Positions 1-11,640 of a DNA stretch of 51,894 nt are shown piece after piece (the first letter of the stretch is position 1; every line of letters starts with the position of its first letter). The stretch comes from Octopus bimaculoides (Eukaryota). A program made the position numbers and the translations under genes. The DNA lies in contig NC_069007.1 in the NCBI RefSeq assembly GCF_001194135.2, positions 3,420,178 through 3,472,071 on the forward strand, read 5' to 3'. The notes under the pieces were generated by a model that saw only the letters and a list, made by a program, of their open reading frames with translations, was not told the DNA's origin and ran no database searches.

Positions 1-46
<46 letters not shown>

Positions 47-278
47 ATTAACATGCCCTATATACTTTAATCTTATCAGTTATTTATTACATCTCCCTCA
101 CGTTTTGTTTTGTCTCACATTAAAATCTAAAAAACATTTTGGACTCTTCTTCTCTGGTTACTTTATCTTTGAAGACTCTGTTCCATAAAAGTGGAATGAA
201 GTGTATGTGCACATACATATACATACGTGTGTATATGTTGGAATGATTTGTATAAATATACACACACACACACACACA

Positions 279-313
<35 letters not shown>

Positions 314-1086
314 AACCCCTATCTTATCTGTTATCTTTCTCAATGTCTTCTCATATCTACCAATCATGACCCACCTCCTATTGCCCCTTATGTATCCCTA
401 ATACCTCCCTTTTCACTGCTTCTACACCTTCCAAATCATTCTACTATTTTCTGATCTATTCTCCTTAAAGCCACCCCAATATCACCCACCTGACCCCCTC
501 TCCATACTGGTTTTTCCATCATCTGCACACCGCACCCCCGCCCTTGTTCAATACATTAACCTCTACCTCCACCTCTTTACACCCTCCTCACTCTCTTATG
601 TAAGCATCCACTCTCTCGTCCCTTCCCATGATCCACTTTCCATCTCCTCTCTTACATTCACCTTCTTGTTTCCTGACAGTCTGCTCTGGCACCCATCACC
701 ACCTTCCCCCTTATCCCCTTCAGAGCAAGACACCTCTGCGTATCCCCCTTTAGCCTTTTGACACCTGGTATAAGGCCACCACCTCCACGTTCACCTATCC
801 ACGTACTTCCCCATAATAGAGGGAGATTTCCCCTTTTCCTTCCCTTTCTCTGTCTTGCAAGTTACATAGCAACCTCACTGGTGCAGGGTACGACGTAGAA
901 GGTACCCAGTACACTCTGTAAAACGGTTGGCATTAGCAAGAGTACCCAGCTGTGGAAACCAAGCCGAAGATAATTTCAGAGTCCAACACAGCTTTGCAAT
1001 TTGTCAGTTCCTTGTCAAAACCATCCAACTAGCATGAAAAATGGACAAATGATAATGATAAATATATATGCATTTATATATACATA

Positions 1087-1117
<31 letters not shown>

Positions 1118-2030
1118 ATACACACACAGAAACACATATATGCAGACATATACATACATATACATTTATACATATATATATATACACACACACACATATA
1201 CATACACAAAAACAAATATGAACATAAATACACACACACACACACACAAATACACACGTGTGTGTATGTGTGTGTGTAGTAAAATCCCACCCAAGTTGAT
1301 CTTCACAATAAATTAGATGACTGACACCAACCTTCATTTGTTATTCTTAAAAGTGCTTTAAAATAACATCACTTTTAACATTTACAGTGCATACATTTTA
1401 CATGTATCTATGTATATGTATGTCAATATATGTAAATGTGAGTGCGTGTGTCTGTGCGCATGCGCATATGTGTATGTATGTATGTATGTATATATGTATG
1501 TATGTATGTGTATATATGGTGTTTCTGGGTGAATAAATTTCAACAAGTGAAAGCACTAAATTTACATGGAAGTACAGAATGGTCTTTGTACATTTTATGC
1601 AAATTTCAGTGCTGTACAAACACACACGCACAGTCTGCCATTCTAACACACAGCCAAGCAATGACTTCTGAGTAAATATAGCCAGTGAAAATTGAAGGAA
1701 GCCTATTGTGTGTGGGTGTGTGTGCGTTTCTCTCTCTCTCTGTCTCTCTCTCCATCTTCCATGCTGGCATGGATTGGATGTTTCAAATGGGAGCTAGAAA
1801 GCCAGTAGACTGTGCCAAGCGCCAGTGTCGACTTTCCCATGGTTTCTATTGCTGAATGCCCTTCCTAACGCAGAGCGTACACGGTGGGTTTTTACATGGC
1901 GCCAGCAACAGTGAAGTCACTAAAGTAACTTTACAAGCCCCAGAACTCTTCATACGAGGAATCAGAGTAGTATCAAAGGGGGCGGCATTCTACTTAAAGT
2001 ATGAGGCAGGGAGAGAGGAACAGGTGATAT

Positions 2031-2404
2031 CAGGAGTGGCTGTGTGGTAAGTAGCTTGCTTACCAACCACACAGTACCAGGTTCAGTCCCACTGCATGGC
2101 ACCTTGGGCAAGTGTCTTCTACTATAGCCTCGGGCCGACCAAAGCCTTGTGAGTGAATTTGCTAAGATGGAAACTGAAAGAAGCCCATAGTATATATATG
2201 TGTGTGTGTGTCTGTGTCTGTTCTCCCACCATCACTTGGCAACTGATGTTGGTGTGTTTACGTCCCCGTAACTTAGTGGTTCGGCGAAAGAGACCAATAG
2301 AATAAGTACTAGGCTTACAAAGAATAAATGCTGGGGGTCGATTTGTTTTTACTAAAGGCGGTGCTCCAGCATAGGCACAGTCAAAGGACTGAAACAAATA
2401 AAAT
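2031..2404 (+). mobile_element. tRNA-derived SINE family A, representative copy
   Basis: Head GTGGCTGTGTGGTAAGTAGCTTGC..GGTTCAGTCCCACTGC, internal (TA)/(TG) microsatellite, tail GACTGAAACAA. Other + copies at about 14270-14420, 17385-17580, 19553-19752, 28178-28405, 29555-29823, 32295-32420, 34944-35278, 38587-38730, 38805-39055. Minus copies at about 3970-4244, 20480-21020, 21090-21354, 22790-22960, 23410-23985, 47476-47805. Confidence 0.9.
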
Positions 2405-2446
<42 letters not shown>

Positions 2447-2847
2447 CACACGTACACATTCGTTATGCCTATCAGTTTTCATTAAAATCAAACACTTCAC
2501 ATCATCCAGTCAGTCAGTTTAGGATTGTGTCAAGCTACTATAATAACTTATTCACCATTAACGAGACCTAATAATATCTTCTTAATGAAACACGTCTGGA
2601 ATTTTACTGAATCTGCCAAAAAACAAAACAGAAAACCCAGTTCCCCCACATCTCCCACCTTTATACTTTCGTTCGATTTAATTTTCAATCAGTTTTTCCC
2701 TTTAAAATTTGGAGTCGCCTCCCTTGCCTGTCCTCGGCAGAGTCAATCACAAGGCTAATGATTGTTTTTGTTTGTCTTCTCTCTTAATTATGGGTGTAAT
2801 TTTAATTAATTTTTCACTATGTGTAATATGTGAACACTCACTATGTA

Positions 2848-2895
<48 letters not shown>

Positions 2896-4484
2896 ATATA
2901 GACATATACATAATATATGCACATGCATACATACATACACTCATGCATACACACACACGTACATACATAGACACACAAATGTACACACACATTTGAAGAA
3001 GAAAGTCTCCACTACCACACATACCACCACCACCACCCAATACTACCAAACAGCTGTATGTTGCATTTAACAGGGGGTGGCAGCTGGGGAGAGAGGGTAG
3101 GGCAGAAAAACCATGGCCTGTCACCCCACCATCATCCCCACCCTCAACACCTTAGCTTGATTACTTCTCAAACCCTGTCATCAGTACTGCAGTTAACGAG
3201 TTCACACAAATTAGACAGCATCAAATGCTTAATTGGCAATTTAAATTTCAGTGAAGTTTTTTTTTTTTGGAGTAGGGGGTGTTTTTATTTTTTTTTAACC
3301 TTTCTCACCACCACGCGTTATTTTTCCACCCTCTTGTCTAGTTACTGATCCGCCACCATAGTCTCCGGGCCACATGTCAATTGCTCCACTAAAATATTTC
3401 GCAGTGTATGCATGTATGTCAGCGGAGGCATGGCTGTGTGGTAAGACAGGTGTAAGAACAACAAGCAAGTGTATTAGTTTGACACTCAGAAAAAATGGAA
3501 AAATCTTTTACGTTTCGAGCCCATGCCNNNNNNNNNNNNNNNNNNNNNNNNNNNNNNNNNNNNNNNNNNNNNNNNNNNNNNNNNNNNNNNNNNNNNNNNN
3601 NNNNNNNNNNNNNNNNNNNNNNNNNNNNNNNNNNNNNNNNNNNNNNNNNNNNNNNNNNNNNNNNNNNNNNNNNNNNNNNNNNNNNNNNNNNNNNNNNNNN
3701 NNNNNNNNNNNNNNNNNNNNNNNNNNNNNNNNNNNNNNNNNNNNNNNNNNNNNNNNNNNNNNNNNNNNNNNNNNNNNNNNNNNNNNNNNNNNNNNNNNNN
3801 NNNNNNNNNNNNNNNNNNNNNNNNNNNNNNNNNNNNNNNNNNNNNNNNNNNNNNNNNNNNNNNNNNNNNNNNNNNNNNNNNNNNNNNNNNNNNNNNNNNN
3901 NNNNNNNNNNNNNNNNNNNNNNNNNNNNNNNNNNNNNNNNNNNNNNNNNNNNNNNNNNNNNNNNNNNNNCCTAGTACTTATTCTATTGGTCTCTTTTGCC
4001 GAACCGCTAAGTTACTGGTACGTAAACACACCAGCATTGGTTGTCAAGCGATGTTGGGGGGACAAACACACACATATATATATATACATATATACGACGG
4101 GCTTCTTTCAGTTTCCATCTACCAAATCCACTCACAAGGTTTGATCAGCTAAAAACACCTGCCCAAAGTGCCACACAGAGAGAGACCGAACCTGGAACCC
4201 TGTGGTAAGGAAACAAACATCCTTTGCCACACAGCCACACCTGCACCTACACATGTCCAATTATTTTTTGTCTTCTCTTTTTCTGTTTTCAAACGAAGTG
4301 ACCAGTGTAAAACTGGAACCGACCTCTTCGTGCTACTGCTTGTATTCTTTCTCAGCTCACGTATTACAATCTGCCACCCTAGGATCAATAGTTTCCACTT
4401 ATTCACTTCACAGGCAGCATTTGTTGAAATGCTGCAATAAATATCCTTATCCGCTGGATTACTATTGAGCAGCTATCAACAAAC

Positions 4485-4920
4485 TCCATTATTATTATTA
4501 ATAATTACTACTACAACTACTACGATTACTATCACTACTACAACTTTATTACTATGACTACTATTACTATTATTACTAATTTTATTTCTGTACCCTTTGT
4601 TATGGCCTTATTGTTGATGTTTCCCTTTTGATCAATGTAAATCTCATCTATTGTGTGTTGCACTTCGTCTTTTGATGCAGTCCTCAATGTCTTGGGCCCT
4701 TGTGACTAATAAAAGAAATTATTATTATTATTACTATCACATTATTATTACTACTACTACTACTACATTTATTATCATTGTTATTACTATTATTATCACT
4801 AATTTTATTACTATTATTATCACTAATTTTATTACTATTACTAATTTTAGTATTACTACTACGACTAGTATTACGACTACTACTAATTTTATTACAACTA
4901 CTACTATTAACACTACTAAG
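4485..4920. repeat. Compound (ATT/ACT)n trinucleotide microsatellites
   Basis: Blocks at about 4485-4580 and 4715-4915. Confidence 0.9.
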
Positions 4921-5120
4921 TCCTTATTACTATGGGGCAATGACGTTCTAAAAATATTTAGACTTCCAGTTCAATCCACCGATCAATCAATCCATACCAG
5001 CAAGCAAAAAAAAAACAATTATTGATCAATTGATAGGTAAATAATTGGTAGAATTCCAAGCTAAATATCTTTTCCTTTTTACAATCTATTTCTGACCCGC
5101 AACATGCTGAGATCAAACCA

Positions 5121-5306
5121 CAGGGCTTCAAAGAGGAATTTTTTGCCAGGGGGTACAAAATTTAATTTGGACTGGTGAAGATGAGGGGCAGGGGTCACTT
5201 CTTTTTGGTAAATGCCAGGTTTTACAAATATTTTCTGAGGTCCCAGGAAATTCATGGAGCCTAGTTACAATGCAACTCCTGCACCCACTCCTTCTCACAG
5301 GCCCTG
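5121..5306. mobile_element. hAT-like MITE with 8-bp TSD
   Basis: Ends CAGGGC...GCCCTG. Flanks are TCAAACCA (5113-5120) and TCAAACCC (5307-5314), a 7/8 match. Confidence 0.65.
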
Positions 5307-5339
5307 TCAAACCCTATTAGGAGTCACCTTACATAATTC

Positions 5340-5523
5340 ATGCATCTAGGGGATAGTTGATAAACCCAACTAAACCGGTGGTTTTTATCAGGGGTTTACA
5401 ATTCCTAATAATGATTATAAAAATACAATAGAACTATTTAATCACAGAATGGTTTTGAGGGTCCATTTCAGTAAAACAGGAATCAAAGGGGTCCAGAGGC
5501 AAAAAAAAGGTTGAGAAACACTG
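5340..5523 (+). mobile_element. hAT (Charlie-like) MITE remnant
   Basis: Ends AAAGGGGTCCAG...AAAAAGGTTGAGAAACACTG. A related end occurs at 34680-34714 and an inverted piece at about 34765-34830. Confidence 0.5.
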
Positions 5524-5799
5524 AGCTAAATTCTCCTCCCTAAGGATTCGGGGCCCCTGTGTTAATATGATAAATCTCCATTATTCCTTTCTACTCCAGG
5601 CACAAGGCCTGAAATTTTGAGGGAAGGGGGGGGCAGTCGATTAGATTGACCTCCAATACACAACTGGTACTTAATTCATCAACCCCAAAACGATTAAAGG
5701 TAAAATCAACCTCAATGGAATTTGAACTCGGAACATAAAGCCTAAAGAATGTTCAGCATTTTGTCTGACATAGTAATGATTCTGCCAGCTCACTACCTC

Positions 5800-5832
<33 letters not shown>

Positions 5833-7371
5833 TACCAGTCAATTGCTGGGCTAACGATGATGCTAACCTTACACAAAAATAGAATTGTGCCATTTGCCAT
5901 TTTTGAATTAATAATAATTTCTTACCCCCACCAGGCAGAAAAAAACCAGTGGAGTTAAGAGAACAGTGAAGAATAGCATTTCAAATTTTGGCATAAGGTC
6001 AGCAATTCCTGGGGAGAGATTAAGTTGATTACATTAACCCCAGTACATAACCGGTACTTATTTTATTGACTCCAAAAGGATAAAAGGCAAAGTGGACCTC
6101 AGCAAAATTTGAACTCGGAACATAAGGACAGACGAAATGCCACTTTGTCTGATGCATTAACAATTCTGTCAGCTGGCCATTACTGGCACTTGGTTGCTTA
6201 ATCCCGAGCAGCTGGCAGTGAAAGACAACACAAGAAAGATATGAAGTCTGAAAGGAGAAGGAAAAAAGTTAAAGGTGCAAAACCGTTTCCTTTGAGTCAA
6301 GCAGACACCTGTCCAGGACAGTAATGACTTACTCCGACTTCTTTAGCTGACCAAAATAACTGAACCATTGAACCAAGATATGACAAAAGATTGCTGGTTG
6401 GATATGGAACCTGTTGGCTTTAACAAATGGGGGNNNNNNNNNNGGGGGGGGGGGGGAGAAGATGGGAAGGTAAGCGAGGAAGGGGAGTAGGAGGAGTGAG
6501 CAAAGGAATAAGGGAAGGTAAGGGATGTAGAGCAGGAGGGTGAGGAAGAGTAGAAGAGTAAGGTGGACCTAAATTAGTAGAAAACCTTGCATTAAAAATA
6601 TACTTTGTATAATTGCTCACCTCAGTTTTCTAAGATTTGATTTCCGAAGCCAAAGTTGTCCAGCAAGAACAACAGGAAATTAGACTAAGCGCTGTTGCCA
6701 AAATACATGGGGCTTGGTCCAGCGGAGCTGATATATTTATTTCTTTTGAAATCAACAAAATACAATCTCAATAAATTTAAAGACAAGAACACTGGGCTGG
6801 GCAGAGGTGGGGAGGGATAAAGGTGTCTTTTTGTTCTATAATTGTTTCCTTTTATTGTTATTATTCTAGGTGGGGGGAGGGTGACAAGCTGGCAGAATTG
6901 TTAGCACACCAGACAGAATGCTTAGTGGCATTTCTTCCAGCCCTTTACATTCAGAGTTCAAATTCCACAAAGGTCAACTTTGCCTTTCATCCTTTCGAGA
7001 GTCAATAAAACAAGGAACATGGGGTCAACGAAACCAACTAACTTCCCTCCCCCAAAATTTCAGGCCTTGTGCCTGTCGTAGAAAGGGCTTTTACTCCAGC
7101 TGGAGCAGCAGAAATAGTAACAAATAGACTCGGGTAAATGTGTAAAAGTACTGAGCTTCATTGTTCTGTGTACTCGGTTCAAATCCTACCAGGATCCACT
7201 TTGTTTTTTTATCTCTCTTTTGTAAGGGATGGGGTTTATCTCCTTTGATACCAACCTGCCTGGTTAGGATCATAACACACTCCTAGTTCTAGGGTTACAA
7301 TCTTGCAGTTTCAAAGTGATCTAAATGAAAAGTTTCCATTAAAAATTTCAAGTTCATTTGTTTCAAACATC

Positions 7372-8150
7372 GTTTTAGAGGGTCATAGAGTTAATTTAGC
7401 AAAAGACCAAAGACTAGCAAGCTGGACAGAAGACAAATTACTAATCCATTCAGGTAAATGGTCCTGTTCGACATAGGTAGAAATCCCATATGATGTACCT
7501 AGTGCAAGTTATGGATGCATAAGAGGTGCAGTGGACTCACAGGAAGGTTAAGAGAGAAAGCAGTCTTATTTCTTTATTGCTCACAAGGGGCTACACACAG
7601 AGGGGACAAACAAGGACAGACAAACGAATTAAGTCGATTAGATCGACCCCAGTGCATGACTGGTACTTAATTTATTGACCCCAAAAGGATGAAAGGCAAA
7701 GTCGACCTTGGCGGAATTTGAACTCAGAACGTAGCGGCAGACGAAATACCGCTAAGCATTTCGCCCGGCGTGCTAACGATTCTGCCAGCTTGCAGAAGAG
7801 AAAGCAGTCTTACCACATGATAGACATGCAAGAACAATAAACACAAAGAACACACAGAAAATGGATTTCCTCATATGCTCGGGAAGATCTTTAGAGATTG
7901 CAGATCGTTTCTGTTACTTAGGTGATCAAAGTAGCAGCAGAGAAGGTTGCTATGAAAGCATAGTTGCTGCAAAAAGAACCAGCTGGGCAAAGTTCAGAAA
8001 GCTATAACTTCGGTTGGCAACGAAGGACCTATCTCTTGTAAAGTAAAAGATAGGCTGCATGATGCATGTGTGCAAACAGCCATGCTACATGGCAGTGAAA
8101 CATGGGCTGTGGCTGCAGAGGGCATGCGAAGGCTTGAAAGAAATGATGGG
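7372..8150 (+). mobile_element. Decayed RTE-clade LINE ORF fragment, interrupted by a SINE
   Basis: Conceptual translation with stops and frameshifts: HRVNLAK..SGKWSC..CKLWMHKRCSGLTGRL / LEIADRFCYLGDQ..ESIVAAKRTSWAKFRKL..VKDRLHDACVQTAMLHGSETWAV. This is typical of the RTE RT C-terminal half. Confidence 0.85.
7569..7796 (-). mobile_element. Young full-length SINE (family B) with 16-bp TSD
   Basis: Flanked by identical AGAGAAAGCAGTCTTA at 7553-7568 and 7797-7812. The body matches the family B copy at 10083-10302. Confidence 0.9.
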
Positions 8151-8814
8151 TATATTGGGTTTTGTATATTTTACTCCAGTAGCACCTTGATGGCATATGC
8201 TGCTCTCTCAATCAGAAATAATAATAATAATAATAATAATAATCTTTTCTACTATAAGCATAAGGCCTGAAATTTAGGAGAGGTGGTAAGTCGATTACAT
8301 CGACCCCAGTGTTTCACTGGTACTTATTTTATCAACCCTGAAAGGATGAAAGATAAAAAGTTGACTTTGGTGGAATTTGAACTTAGATCCTAGAGACTGA
8401 TGAAATGCCACTAAGCATCTTACCCAGTGTGCTAATGATTCTGCCAGCTCACCACCTTAAATATTTGGATTAGATTAACCCCGGGACTTGACTCATACAG
8501 GCATCTCCTGCATTATGGTAGCATTCCTGAAAGTCTTGTAATGTGGAAATCCATAATGTGAAATCCATTTTCTGTTATGGATTTCCATGCTACAAAGAAG
8601 TCAATGGAACTCTTGGGAGAATAAGTTTCGTGTCAGAGAATTCTGTAACAAGGCAAGACTTTTCTCTTTGAAAACTCAGATCTTTCATAATACGAGGGAT
8701 GTTTGTGCTGCGTTTTGTCGACCGCCCCCTCCCCAAAGAGAATTTTATGTTCAAATTCCTGATGGGATTTCAAATCAAAGCATAAAGTGATCCCTTCCTC
8801 CCAACTATATTTGC

Positions 8815-9240
8815 GCGACATGGTGATCTTATATCAAGATAAACAGCGCATGACCTCACAGGTGGGGCCCAGTTAGAATTTTCTTCAGGTTGAGTAGCCC
8901 ATCCCACTCAAAAGGTCCCTGAATAAGATTTGCTTAAGGATATTGAGCAAAACACCCACGTTTCCAAAGGTGAATTATCCAAACCCCAAAGAATTCCTCT
9001 CAACACTTGGCTTTGATGCTCCCCGATTACTTCTGCTGATAATCAGAGATGCACATATCGTCAGCCAGTAAGGGACATGCTCAACTGGTGAAGGTCAAAC
9101 AACTGACAAGCAAGTCTGTGGTATGGAGCAGAATATTTACTGTAGCCCATCTTTTACGCCAAGACAAAACAATATACATGATAACACTTCCAATCAATTA
9201 AGATCAGAAGCCATGAGAGCCACTGCCTGGTACTGCATCT
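8815..9240. repeat. Unclassified interspersed repeat abutting (ATT)n
   Basis: Non-coding in the frames I read. Recognised only from recollection of octopus repeats; there is no second full copy in the window. Confidence 0.35.
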
Positions 9241-9264
9241 ATTATTATCATTATTATTATTATT

Positions 9265-9773
9265 TGTGTTGTTGTTTTCTTTTATACAAGCTGTTCCAAG
9301 TCTCACCCATAAACCTCAAGTAGCAGCAAGTCGGACATTTCACAATGGGTGTTATTTATGATTAGCAATGATCTATTGTATGAGGAGACCAAAATCTTAC
9401 AACTTCAGATTCTGTTAAATTTGTAATATTTCAGTTTAGAAACAGTTTTAAGAGCGTCAGGTATTTTCAAGTTGACAATGATTTACTTAGGATGTGAGCA
9501 GTACCCACGAGAACATTTTTTGGAAGTTCTGACACTTTTCAGTTTCCTGATATTTGACCATAGTGTTTAAGAGTGCCATTCGGTGCTGTCCTCAAAGCTC
9601 TGATGATATCAGGTACAGATGCTATTCTTTAATGTCACACTCTCCAGACTTGTTTTCAAGATTCATTCTATTTAAATTTTCAAATGCTTTCTCTGCTGAG
9701 ACTGGCATATCTATCAGCAGGCATGTTTTCCTAACAGGAGTTTTCACCACAATATCTGGTCTGTTGACTTGAA

Positions 9774-9775
<2 letters not shown>
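9265..9775 (-). mobile_element. 5'-truncated RLE-type (R4/Dong-like) non-LTR retrotransposon
   Basis: Minus strand reads NRPDIVVKTPVRKTCLLIDM...LENLNRM...VPDIIRALR...KNVLVGTAHILSKSL, i.e. a PD..D restriction-like endonuclease plus C-terminal LGTAHIL motif. A 3' UTR follows, ending in (AAT)n at 9241-9264, and (AAT)n also abuts the 5' end. Confidence 0.8.
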
Positions 9776-9807
<32 letters not shown>

Positions 9808-9810
9808 TAA

Positions 9811-10062
9811 GGTGGAGGCGAGTGGCTTAGTGGTTAGGGTATCAGCATCACAATTGTAAGATTGTGGTTTCGATTCCTGGACCGGGCAACGCGTTGTGTT
9901 CTTGAGCAAAACACTTCATTTCACATTGCTACAGTCCACTCAGCTGGCAAAAATGAGTAACGCTGCGATGGACTGGCATCCCGTCCAGCTGGGGAACACA
10001 TACCCCATGGAAACCGGGAAACTGGGCCCATGAGCCTGGCTAGGCTTTAAAAGGGTGCATTT
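9811..10062 (+). mobile_element. tRNA-derived SINE family C
   Basis: Box A TGGCTTAGTGG, box B GGTTTCGATTCC, core CAGTCCACTCAGCTGG..CTGCGATGGACTGGCATCCCGTCCAG. Other copies at 48800-49030(+), 51805-51894(+) and about 39670-40100(-). Confidence 0.85.
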
Positions 10063-10082
10063 TAAAATTTTTATCATTATTT

Positions 10083-10302
10083 AAGGCAGCGAGCTGGCAG
10101 AATCATTAGCACACCAGCCAAACTGCCGAGCGGTTTTTCATTTGAGTTCAAATTTCACCAAGGTCGACTTTGCCTTTCATCCTTTCGGGGTCGATTAAAT
10201 AAGTACCAGTTACACACTGGCGTCGATGGAATCGACTCAATCCATTTATCTGTCCTTGTTTGTCCCCTCTATATTTAGCCCCCTGTGGGCAATAAAGAAA
10301 TA
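10083..10302 (+). mobile_element. tRNA-derived SINE family B, representative copy
   Basis: GGCAGCGAGCTGGCAGAATCATTAGC..GAGTTCAAAT..GTCGACTTTGCCTTTCATCCTTTCGGGGTCGAT..AATAAAGAAATAA then (ATT)n. Other copies at about 5575-5800(-), 5965-6185(-), 6875-7075(+), 8240-8460(-), 10660-10975(-), 13320-13470(+), 15960-16270(-), 16545-16730(-), 26785-27010(+), 44325-44520(+). Confidence 0.9.
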
Positions 10303-11544
10303 AATTATTATTATTATTATTATTATTATTAGTAGTAGTAGTAGTAGTAGTAGTAGTAGCAGCAGCAGCAGCAGCAGGTGGCTAATGGCAATGATGAGCA
10401 GCTGCTGCCAAACCAAACATGAAAGGGTGTAACATCTTGGTGGCATCAATATGCATACCAGGCTCCAATCTGATCTGGCAGAGTTTCTACAGCTGGATGC
10501 CCTTCCTAACGCCAACCACCCCCTACACTCTCACCAGTTCTCAGTCAAATCGTCCAACCCATGCTAGCATGGAAAGCGGACGTTAAACGACGATGATGAA
10601 GCAGATCCTGCATTGAAGAGAGACACAAATGCTGTAACAACAAAATAATAATAATAATAATCCTTTTTACTAAGGGCACGAGGCCTGAAATGTTGAGGGA
10701 TGGGATTAAACTTATTACATCGACCACAAACGATGAAAAGCAAAGTTGACCTCAGCAGAATTTGAACTCGATAACAGTTTCAAATTTTGGCACAAGGCCA
10801 GCAATTGGGGGGTGGGGACTAAGTCGATTACACTTCTGGTACTTATTTTATCGACCCCGAAAGGATGAAAGGTAAAGTCGACCCTGGCAGAATTTGAACT
10901 CAGAACATAAGGACAGGCGAAATACTGCTAAACATTTCAGCCACTGTGCTAACGGTTCTGACTGCTCGTTGCCTTAATGATAATAATAATAATAATAATA
11001 ATGAATTATATTTCATGCTATTTATGGATTAATTGATTAATTGCTTCCCCACCACCACCACCACCACTCCAAACTCCACTCCAATCTATCTCACTTCTCC
11101 ATGTTCAGATCTTTTGTAAAATGAATCGTTTTTTTTTTTGTTAACGATTCTGTTGTTTTTTGTTTTTTTTGATTGGACTGTTTGTGGTCGTCCAACAAAA
11201 GCAAAACATCAATGTTGTTTGTTGATATTTTTAGCAATGCTGTTCCATTCTCTTTGTGGTGGATAACGAGTTGAGTAACAGATGCTTAATAAATTCGGCC
11301 CCAACCCCCAACCCTCCACCCATGCTCCTACTCTCACCGCCACTCGCTCACTTCCTCTCCAGCTGGCTAACAACAAATTCATCAATGTATGTAATTAACA
11401 TGTCCAATCAGGACAGGCTAAGCCTGGTTCATTAACCTAAATAGGAGAAGGCAATCTGTCTTACAGGACACTTCACTCACACACACACAAACAGGTGGGT
11501 ATTATGAGTGTGAGCAGGAGTAGAGCTGTGAGTGTCTGTGCTAT

Positions 11545-11640
11545 GGAGTTATTTATGATTAGCAATGATATAGTGTAGGGGGGGGGGAAGCAAAGCAGAA
11601 CTAAGATTCTGTTAAATTTGTAATAATTTAATTTTGAAAA
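11545..11640 (-). mobile_element. Second fragment of the RLE-LINE 3' UTR
   Basis: Shares GTTATTTATGATTAGCAATGAT and AGATTCTGTTAAATTTGTAATA with 9350-9430. Confidence 0.55.

Noticed and set aside
6331-6410. Minus-strand AG..GTAAGT-bounded candidate exon (VPYPTSNLLSYLGSMVQLFWSAKEVG)
   Set aside because: No similarity to CerS or any family I recognise. Splice-like motifs are expected by chance, so it needs RNA evidence.
6620-6760. Minus-strand segment ending in AG|GTGAG
   Set aside because: There are stop codons in all three frames and no recognisable product.
7378-7452. 75-nt plus-strand exon candidate (AG|..GHRVNLAKDQRLASWTEDKLLIHS|GTAAAT)
   Set aside because: The frame continues as SGKWSC..., part of the decayed RTE LINE.
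8544-8587. 13-bp perfect inverted repeat (TGGAAATCCATAA / TTATGGATTTCCA)
   Set aside because: It lies just inside a probable pogo/Tigger-like end (TA|CAGGCATCTCCTGCATTA at about 8486), so it is most simply transposon-internal.
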